From NCBI GenBank assembly GCA_965112735.1, contig OZ218954.1, forward strand, positions 4,154,001-4,218,000: DNA of 64,000 nt. The letters run 5' to 3'. The position numbers were made by a program, and so were the translations under genes. Of the stretch, positions 37,510-46,600 are shown piece after piece. Source of the DNA: Phaeosaccion multiseriatum (taxonomy: Eukaryota; Protista; Ochrophyta, other classes). The stretch's first letter is position 1, and each line of letters opens with the position of its first letter. The notes under the pieces are model-generated. The model was not told the origin of the DNA and searched no databases. It saw only the letters and a program-made list of their open reading frames with translations.

Positions 37510-38771
37510 TTGCGGGCTGAACGCTGATGCGAAACGAGGAGAGGACGTTTACGGTATTCTTGGTAACGGGAAGGCTGCGCTGGTCCTGGCCGCACTGAAA
37601 GGCCACTTCGCATTGGTGGGGGGGAGGGTTTGATTTGTCTTGTCTTGTTCCCTTGGCTACCGCAGCTGGAGGTAGGAACCCTTGGACGAAACCACAGACG
37701 GTGAGTGAACCCATGATCATATCATACCCGTTGAGGCATGGGGCCAGGATGGAGGACAGTAAGGCCTCAGGTGCGGATTCTCCTCAAGGCTGGAGCGGAG
37801 CTTGAAGAAGTAGACGGATAAATTACATGACGCCAGTCCAGCGTTGCTGTTCTGCGGTGGATAAGGAGAGCACCACCATCGCCACCAACGAGAACTGGGC
37901 CAACTCGGTCAGGAGGGCCCAAGGAAGATAGGGAGAAGGTGGCGGCCCTCCCGCTGGAGATGGGCGCTGATGTCAGCAAGCCTGCCATGGCCTTGGCTGG
38001 AGAGAGCGATTGTGGGAACGTTATCGGGGCGCATTACAATAAGGAAAGGGACGCACTCGCCTCTGCTCATCGTGTTTGCAACACCATAGCTGGACATTTA
38101 TTTGGCTCTGCCTACTCTGAGGCCGCCAAGGAGGGCCGTGTGGTGCGAGTGCGCTTGGTAGACAGGACAACGGGGAAGAGCAAGGACACGCAGTACACAC
38201 TGAGATACCCCTGATGGAGCTGCTGATGAACAAGATTGAGGGAGAGGGAGGGAGCTCTGACGGCTCAGACAGGCATGACACGGCTGCAGGCAGTCTCCCC
38301 ACCATGCTGGACCCGGCGGGGCGTGGCTTCATGGGCACCAAGGGCAAGAGCAAGGACGAGGTGGAGGTGACGTTTGACGGAGTGGACTTCACCGAGGGGG
38401 GATTTGTAGGTGTGGTGCAGTTCGTCACGACGGGTGGCATCAAGAGCCTGCTTACCCGAGGGCGCCGTCGGCTGCTGAGCACAGAGAACACGGATGGAAT
38501 CATTGGCAGCAGCTCCGAGACGGTCGGCGGCGGCGGTGGTGAAGTAGATGTTGGGAGTAGTGGTGAGGCAGCAGGAGAAAGGAAGAGGGAGCGCGTGAAG
38601 CTGTTTGACGAGGCGAGAGCGCAGCAGGCCCTGCAGGCAGCGGGCTTCTTTTGCATCGAGGCCATGTCGAGGGAGGTGAAGACCCTCATGACTCTGTACG
38701 GCTTCGAGCTGGCCAAGGAGACGGAGGAGAGGGATGAGCCGCCGAGGAAGCGAAGCAGGGAGGACCCTTAG
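37510..38771 (+). pseudogene. Ankyrin-BTB family copy 5, heavily deleted ankyrin region, intact ORF 38214-38771
   Basis: Relics ALVLAALKGHFALV (~37575) and LRHGAR (~37735). A large deletion lies before KEDREKVAA (37921), and a 1-nt deletion at ~38205 (ctgagatacccc vs ctgagcatacccc). Confidence 0.85.
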
Positions 38772-39794
38772 TTTGCTATACGTTCCCTCTGCTGTTCTAA
38801 AGATTGCTTGCACTTTATGGTGTATTGAATGGTGCGAGAGCAAGAGCTTCAACCTACGACCGTAACAGTAAGAGAGGAATCAAACATCCTATTCGTATAA
38901 CCACCACCTCGTCAAACGCCAAAAGGATGGCACCCAAAGGGACACAATCACAGCCCACCGCTGTGGTGAAAGTCTGTACGTTTCCTTCACTTCGTACGCT
39001 GCGTCAGATACCTCTCATAGACGGCAAGAGCCTCAAAGCATTTACACATACGTACGTTAACGAAGGTCGTCCGCCCGAGGGCGAAGAAGGACCGCTCAAC
39101 ACCACTCCACTGCCAAAGAAGGGCAGGCCGAAGAGGGGGGGGCAAGAGAGGAAACACCGGAGGTCGGTCTCTCTCTCTCTCTGTCTCTCTCTCTTCTTTC
39201 TTCCTCTCCCCGCCAGTGTCTCTCTGTCTGTGTCATACCGTATGCGCCGCAATAGTCCTCATCCTAAAGAGTCGCCCCGTGGAGCCCCACCCACATGCGC
39301 GCCCACCTCCACGCGTCCGTCCATTGATTTGTGCAATCGTATCCTCCAGCCAACAGAGCGACAGAGCTTCCGTCGTCAGCAGCGTTGTCACCATCATCGG
39401 CAACAGTAGCAGCCGCCGCGTCTCTCCAGCAGGGTAGGTTTGATTAACGGAGTGCCCTAGTCTGGCCTATCGCCTTGAGCTCGAGCTCCTTGGCCCAAGA
39501 CCAAGCGGCGGAGAGAAAGACCAGGGTGGGGGGGGGGGGGGGCGCAGGCAATACCACCAGCAGCCCGCACCCACTCTCCTTTCTCCCCCTCCACATCAAT
39601 CCATCGCCTCTCACCTGGCAAGCAGATGGACAGACAAGCAGGTAGGTAGGTCTGAAGGGCATTGAATGGCATCTTTTCCAGCGCCCCCCCCCTCGGAGCA
39701 GAGCTCCCCTCTCCACCGGGGCTGTCTGCCGGTCGCTCGCTCGCTCGGTCTCGCTGAACGCCTCTACCCCCTCCATTCACCTAGCTACCGCTAG

Positions 39795-40520
39795 CTAGGT
39801 CATTCCCATCATGCGGTTCATCGCGCGAGGTTGGTCCACATCGCGGAAGCTCGTGCCTCGGAAAAAGGCCAACGACTCCCGCAGCTCCGACACGCCCACC
39901 TCCGCGGTCCACAGGCACGTGTTGGTGTGCTCCGAAACGTGAGGCCCCCCACCTTGCGCGCTACTGAATACGTCGCGGGTCCGGGGAGGTTCAACTCTGA
40001 GTATGACCACGCTACCTCGCACGCCAGCCAGGCTCGGGTGCATGGGGGCCACGAGCGGGAAGGCGGGCCCCTTGGAGTCGGCATCGTAGTAGGCGAATAG
40101 GTCGGGGTAGGAGCTGTATTTGGAGTAGAAGGTCTGGTCCGAGAAGCGGGGCTTCCTCCAGCCCAGCTGACGCTGTAAGTCCTGCATCTCAGCGGCCTCG
40201 CCTCCCCATTCTCCGGTGGGACAGCCAAAGTCATAGGGGGCGATCTCTACCTTGCTGGGGTCGTCTGCGTTCTCCGCGTTGCCGGGTGGGCGCATGATAA
40301 GGGCCTTGGCGCTGTCCTGCACGACGAGGTTCGCAGGCAGGAGTGCGACTGCGTGTCGCTTGGTGTACTTCGGAGGGGGAGGGTTAGAAAATATCACCAC
40401 CCCAACCCTTCCGCGCGCCGGGAGCAGCTCGCTTACGAAGCCCAGAGAGCCATTGAGCAAGCGCCCCCTGTCCGAGGTCAGGTCTTGCACCACCACCAGA
40501 GCTCCCACCTCAGCACACAT
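39795..40520 (-). CDS. Intronless hypothetical protein with N-terminal SH3-like algal module
   Basis: Non-repetitive ORF of ~240 aa. The pattern GALVVVQDL...LLNG..G.V....RGRVGV...LLPANL is typical of a small beta-barrel module in protist proteins. Confidence 0.7.
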   Translation of the reverse strand: MCAEVGALVVVQDLTSDRGRLLNGSLGFVSELLPARGRVGVVIFSNPPPPKYTKRHAVALLPANLVVQDSAKALIMRPPGNAENADDPSKVEIAPYDFGCPTGEWGGEAAEMQDLQRQLGWRKPRFSDQTFYSKYSSYPDLFAYYDADSKGPAFPLVAPMHPSLAGVRGSVVILRVEPPRTRDVFSSAQGGGPHVSEHTNTCLWTAEVGVSELRESLAFFRGTSFRDVDQPRAMNRMMGMT

Positions 40521-40809
40521 GCCCTCTGCTTTTTCTTCTCTCTGTTGATACAAACACGAATCCAGACATACAGGGTGGGAAATTTGAAATTGGTTGGGGC
40601 ATCCCCCCTGGATCCGCCCTATTTATTTTTTTTGCTTTTTTTTCCCCTCCTTCCTTCCCCCCCACCCCCCTCCCTTCCTCTTCCCTTCTCTTTCTTGACC
40701 TGATAGCTCGCTAAATCACCCAACCCGGCCAGACAGGGGGTGCTCGGTGCGGATCTCCGACGCGGGGACGCCCCGGCAAGGGCACTTAAACGAAAGAAGG
40801 GAGACAACC

Positions 40810-42882
40810 ATGGTGACAATGGGAAAAGCGCTGCAGCGGATTCAAGAGTGGCGTAATGGGAGCAGCAGCAGTGAGGGGAAGGGCGTTGGAGTGGACGAGG
40901 TTTCGGTTTTGCTGGCAGCCGTTCTGTCAACGATCGACTTTGACTCGCTGAAGAGGAAGGGTCACACGCCTCTTCACGCTCTTGCTGAGATGGACAATAT
41001 CGCCATGGAGGAGATGGGGGTGCAGATGCGGGGAAGCGTGAAGCTGCTGAAGGACTGCGGGCTGGATATTGACATGACACGAGGCGAGGCTGATGATGAT
41101 GATGGTAATCGTGATCATGTGGTTGATTATGATGATGGCAGGACCGCGCTGGTCCAAGCTTCATTGCAGGGCCATTTCGCTTTGGTGCAGGAGCTCGTGG
41201 AGGAGGGTGCAGATGTGAACGAAGGTGATCCGTGCGACTTTCTTCCCTTGTCTGCAGCTGCGGGTTTCTTTAGTGGAGCTGATAAGGATGCATCGTACGG
41301 AAGTCACCCCATGATCCTTTCGTACCTTCTGGAGCATGGGGCCAGGGTGGAGGATAGCTACGCCTTGCACAACGTAGCCGGCGCCGGCTGTCCTGTGTCT
41401 ATCAGGATGCTACTCAGGGCCGGGGCCAAGGTGAACGAGCTGAATGAAGATGGCCACGGAAGAACACCAGCCCAGTACTGCTGTGAGGGGCAGGGCAAGG
41501 GCAGCACCGCCGAGAGATTGGAGGCCCTGTCCTTGCTGCTAGAGGCAGGAGCTAATTTGAACGTGAAGGATGAGGACGGGTGGTCTCTTTTGCACTTCGC
41601 TACTGAGGGAGGTCACGTTGAACTCATCGACTTGCTCGTCCGTCGAGGTCTGGCGGTCGATACGAGGGACTCTCATCAGGGCACTCCTCTTCACTTTGCT
41701 GCCGATTCTGGCAGATCCACCTGTGTGAAGGCGCTCCTCCGCCTTGGTGCCTCCCTCGACGCTGCTGATTACCAGAAGAACACGCCGCTCCACTGTGCGC
41801 TGCAGCACGGGAAGGTGGACGTTGCTGCCGAGCTGATCGACGCAGGATCCAACGTGAACGCCAAGCGAGACGGTAACGTTGCACCCCTTCACCTGGCAGC
41901 GGCACTGGGCAGCATGAGGCTGGCGTACCTCCTGTTGGAGGCTGGAGCTGAGGTCGACGCACTGACCACCACGGAGTTCAGCCCCTTGATGGTGTGCATG
42001 TCTCCTGCAAAGGACGACATCAAAGTTTCGGATGTATGTGTCGGGTCCACTCGAGGGAGGAAGAAGGTGGCGGCACTCCTGCTGGAGATGGGCGCTGCCG
42101 TCACCAATCCGGTCATGGCCTTGGTGGGCGAGAGCGATTGTGGGGACGTCATTGGAGCGTATGTCAGCAAGGAAAGAGACGCACACGAATCTGCTGATCG
42201 TGTTTGCAACACCATAGCTGGACACATCTCTTCCGGCTCTGCACACTCGGAGGCCGCCAAGGAGGGCCGTGTGGTGCGAGTGCGCTTGGTAGACAGGACA
42301 ACGGGGAAGAGGAAGGACAAGCAGTATGCACTGAGCATACCTCTCATGGAGCTGCTGATGGACAAGACTGAGGGAGAGGGAGGGAGCTCTGACGTCCCGG
42401 ACAGGCATGATACGGCTGCAGGCAGTCTCCCCACCATGCTGGACCCGGCGGGGCGGGGCTTCATGGGCCTCAAGGGCAAGGCCAAAGACGAGGTGGAGGT
42501 GACGTTTGACGGAGTGGACTTCACCGAGGAGGGCTTTGCAGCTGTGGTGCAGTTCGTCACGACGGGTAGCGTCAAGAGCCTGCTTACCCGAGGGCGCCAT
42601 GGGAAGCTGAGCAGTAGCAGCAGCTCTGAGACGGTCGGTGGTAGCGGTGACGGAAGAGGAGGTGGGAGTAGTAGTGAGGCATCAGGAAAGAGCAAGAGGG
42701 AGCGCGTGAAGCTGTTTGACAAGGTGAGAGCGGAGCAGGCTCTGCAGGCAGCGGACTTCTTCTGCATCGAGGCCATGTCGAGGGAGGTGAAGACGCTCAT
42801 GGATCTGTACGGCTTCGAGCTGGCCGAGGAGGCGGAGGAAGAAGATGAGCCGCCGAGGAAGCGAAGTAGGGAGAACACATAA
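40810..42882 (+). CDS. Ankyrin-BTB family copy 6, full-length, intronless, 690 aa from ATG 40810
   Basis: Colinear with copy 2 from the N-terminus (LQRIQEWR) to the PPRKRSR tail. Confidence 0.92.
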   Translation: MVTMGKALQRIQEWRNGSSSSEGKGVGVDEVSVLLAAVLSTIDFDSLKRKGHTPLHALAEMDNIAMEEMGVQMRGSVKLLKDCGLDIDMTRGEADDDDGNRDHVVDYDDGRTALVQASLQGHFALVQELVEEGADVNEGDPCDFLPLSAAAGFFSGADKDASYGSHPMILSYLLEHGARVEDSYALHNVAGAGCPVSIRMLLRAGAKVNELNEDGHGRTPAQYCCEGQGKGSTAERLEALSLLLEAGANLNVKDEDGWSLLHFATEGGHVELIDLLVRRGLAVDTRDSHQGTPLHFAADSGRSTCVKALLRLGASLDAADYQKNTPLHCALQHGKVDVAAELIDAGSNVNAKRDGNVAPLHLAAALGSMRLAYLLLEAGAEVDALTTTEFSPLMVCMSPAKDDIKVSDVCVGSTRGRKKVAALLLEMGAAVTNPVMALVGESDCGDVIGAYVSKERDAHESADRVCNTIAGHISSGSAHSEAAKEGRVVRVRLVDRTTGKRKDKQYALSIPLMELLMDKTEGEGGSSDVPDRHDTAAGSLPTMLDPAGRGFMGLKGKAKDEVEVTFDGVDFTEEGFAAVVQFVTTGSVKSLLTRGRHGKLSSSSSSETVGGSGDGRGGGSSSEASGKSKRERVKLFDKVRAEQALQAADFFCIEAMSREVKTLMDLYGFELAEEAEEEDEPPRKRSRENT

Positions 42883-43619
42883 ATAGAAGAAGGGAGAGAT
42901 CGGTGGAAGAAGAACTTGAGTTTTGGGAGAGTTCGGTGGGAGAAGCGCTATAGCTCTTCGTGTAGCTCTTTGAGATGCCTATCGATCATAGTCTTTCGGC
43001 TTTCATCGCTTTTTCCCTTCCCTACTCAACAGCACAAGAGCACTTTCCCTTGCGGCCCGATCTAAACGGGTGATTTGCGCGATTACTGAACGTAAATCGG
43101 ACACTATAGTATCCAAATCGATTGTAAAAAAACAACAATAAAAAAAAAAGAGGACAGCTGTAAGAGGCAGCGAGGGTATAGCTTTGCAAAAGGCAGCAGG
43201 GGACAATATAATATTGACTTACAATATAGAAATCAAGCTAATAAGGTAATATACGTAACTAGGGTCGGGAAGAAAGAAAACTATGGAGGAAAAAATTGAG
43301 GCGTCTGACACTTTAGGTCGACGCAATCGAAGCCAAAATCGGGGCCAGTGGTCCACTGGCAAAGGAAGGAGCTGGCCGGAGGGGCACTCTCTCCCCTCCC
43401 TTCCTTCCTTCCTTCCTTCCTTCCTTCCTTCCTTCCTTCCTTCCTTTTTCCCTCCCTCTGATGAAGGAAACACAACCACGCCAGAGCCAGGGCAGGCGAG
43501 AGGTGCAGAGAGGAAGGAGAGCAGCAGCCTAGAACCAAGAGCCAAACAGCCAAGAGGTTAGAGGAAAGCAGGGCTAGAGTAAAGCAGGTGTTTGTCACAC
43601 CGTCCTTCGCGTCCTTTCC

Positions 43620-46600
43620 TTACTGCCGAGTGCTGTCGTGGACGAGCTCAAGGCCGGGCATCGAGGAGGCGGCGGCTTCCTCCACCGCATCGGAGAGGGC
43701 AGCCAGCGCAAGTAGAGCAAGGAACTCCTCCGCATCCGCTCCGGTACCCGTGGTCGGAGGGAGGTCCAAGTAGAGGGTGTAAGAGATCGTGTAGTAGAGA
43801 GCCTGTACCTCGCTGTCTTCCCTATCCTTGTCGTTCAGTAGCGCGTTTGGGGTTAAGGAGAAGGAGCCCTCTTCGATCCCGGAGTCAAGTGCATTGGCTT
43901 CCGTAGCGGCAAGAAGCGCAGAAGCTTGCACGACGGAGAGGATGGCGGCACGGAGCTTCTCGGGGGATAGGGTAATGACTGTTCTTTGGCCGTCGGATAT
44001 GAGGGCCAGGACGGTCTCGCTGGTGAGTAGGATGTCCGTAGATACGTCAGTTGTGATGCGCATGCCTTCTATTGCCTGTGGGAGGGAGGGGGGAGGGAGG
44101 GGGGAGGGAGGGAAGGGGAGGGAGGGAGTGTACGAAAGGGTTCAGCATGAGCATGAGCTTCCTTGTTCAGCAAGAGGATAAGAGGAGAGGAGGAGGAGGA
44201 CGGCAAAGCAGAGCAGAAGAGAGCGACAGACAAAGGACGGGCAGGGGAGGAGGAGTAGAGGTGGGCAGCACATCGTTACATGCGTACATACGTACATACA
44301 TATATACCTGAGTGGGGGCAGCGGCGGGTCCAGGAGTCCGAGTTACCGACGAGGAAGGCGGAAGCGGGGCCATGGTGGGGGGGGCGAGGGTAGGAGGAGC
44401 AGGCGCCGGGGCCGGGGGCATGGAGTCGTCTCCTGCGGGGGGACAGGCAATACCCGCATACGCTCCGAACTCGCAAAAGCGACATTCAGGCACTCCCTTC
44501 ACTCGGCACCCGAGCATGCCGGGCACGCAAGAGTAATCCATAAAGCAGTTCTCTCCGAAACCGTCACACACGCAGGCTTCAGCCCCCTTCGCTATAGGGG
44601 TTGGGGTCATCGCGTCACCAGCCGAGGAGGAGGGGGAAGGGGTAGATGAGTCACTTCCGTCCCCGGCGTCACCTCCGCCTCCATCCCCTCCGACGACTTC
44701 CTCTTCCTCTCTGTCTCCGTCTCCATCTCTCACGTCGAGATTGCACGTCTCGTCCGTCACTCCGCTGGAGGGGCAAAAGTAGACCCCGGAGGAAGGCTCC
44801 TTGGGGTGGGCCGCTAGGAAGGCAAGAGCGCCCTGTTTGGGTAGGGGAGAGGAGGGTAGGTCGGTCGGTCGGTCGGTAGGTGGTAGGTGGGTGGGTGGGT
44901 GGGTGGGTGGGACGGTGAGTGGAGTCGTATGGGACACGAGTCGACCTTGAGTTGAGGTCGCGCCCTGACCTCCTCCCTGTCAATCCTCTTGTAACTGTCT
45001 ATCCTCTTTCCTTCTCTCACCTCACACGACAAGTAGCAACCACGGCAGTTCTGCGGCAGGCCGAAGAAGCCACACATGGGGGGGGCACCTTCTGTCTTTC
45101 CCTCCCATACAGTGCAGCGACCGTCAACCACCATGCACTTGTTGTAAATGTTCTGTGGTGAGGAATGGCAGTGGATGGGTAGGGAGGGAGGGAGGAGGGG
45201 AGGGAAAGCATTACGTCTCGTACTTGGGATTGACTCACGGGGTTCGGGTACCCACGTGTGTCTCCTCTCTTCTCTCCTTACCCCCCCCCCCTCCCCTCTA
45301 CAGTCCGGTGTGCACTCCCTCATACCCTCCTCACTCACCCACCCACTCTCACTCTCTCGAACTCAGTCTCTCTCACTTCATCTCACTCAATCACTCACTC
45401 ACACTCTCTCTCCTACTCACCTACCCACTCTCTCTCTCACTCTGTCTGTGACCCGCTCTCACTCACTCACCCACTCTCACCCACTCTCTCAATCACTCAC
45501 TCACCAAGGAGAGCCTATCCGCACCAGAAGCCGCAGAGCACATGGAGGGAATGGAACACTCTTCAGGTATGTCAACAATAGCCTCCTCCTCCTTCTCCTC
45601 CTCCTCCATAGCAGGTTCGGTAGGGGGTGCCTCCGTCTCCACGGGAGTAGGCATGAGCACTCTGTCGATGACGTGTGCCACGCCGTTACATGCGAGCAAG
45701 TCCGTGGCTGTGATGGAGGAGGTGGCACCTGAGCCGTCCGTGATGACTCCCTCCTCGCTCACTTCGAAAGTACCTCCGTTCAACGGTTTGACGGTGGTGC
45801 CAAGGATGTCCGCGGCGAGCAGGGAGCCGGGAGCGACGTGGTAGATCAACATGGCCGTGAGGGTGGCCTGATGCACGGTGGTGACGTCGATGCATGCGTC
45901 AAGGGCCTCGGCGGTGGCGCTGAGAGAGGAGAGGGGAAGGCGGAGGGGCAAAGGAGGGGAGGAGAGGGGAAGGGGCAAGGGGGGGAGGAGGGAAGGAGAG
46001 GAGAGGAGAGGAGAGGAGAGGGGAAGGGAAGGTGCAGGGAAGGGGCAGGAAGGGGAAGCGTACAAGTCGCGGTTAGCTACGGTCACGGGAGAGGAGAGTA
46101 GAGGAGGGGAGAGGAGGGACGAAGGGCGGAAGCGGCACCTTTCCTTCCCAACAACCAACACAAGCCTTCAACACACTCACCAAAGGCCGGCTTCAGCGAA
46201 GGCAGCGTCTGTGGGCGCGAACACAGTCAGCTGCGAGGAGAGGGGAGGGGAGGGGAAGGGGAGGGGAAAGGGGGCAGGGGAGGACGTGTCAGACCGATGG
46301 CAGCAGACAGAGAGAAGTCACAACTGAAAAGGCAAACGGCAAAAGTGAAAGAAGCAAAGCGAAACGGAAGCCTTCCCTTCAAATGTAACTGTAAAGAAAT
46401 CGCAGCGTTGATGTACCTCATCGGTGGAAAGAATGTCGGCGAGTCCCTCCACGGAGGAGACGGCGTCGATGAGCGCGTCGAAGTCTCCGTCGCTGTTGGC
46501 CCCCAGCAGCAACGAAACAAGGTCCTGGCACGTTTCCTCGGGCAATCCGACGACTTCATCCATCTCCTCCTCCTCCTCCTCCTCGTCGGGTGCCATGGTG

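Noticed and set aside
41539-42878. Long antisense ORFs over the ankyrin copies
   Set aside because: Shadow frames of GC-rich coding sequence, repeated only because the sense gene is repeated.
2590-42900. Ankyrin copies as autonomous transposons or a DGR
   Set aside because: No TIRs, LTRs, TSDs, transposase or reverse transcriptase are visible, and the variation is not evidently adenine-specific.
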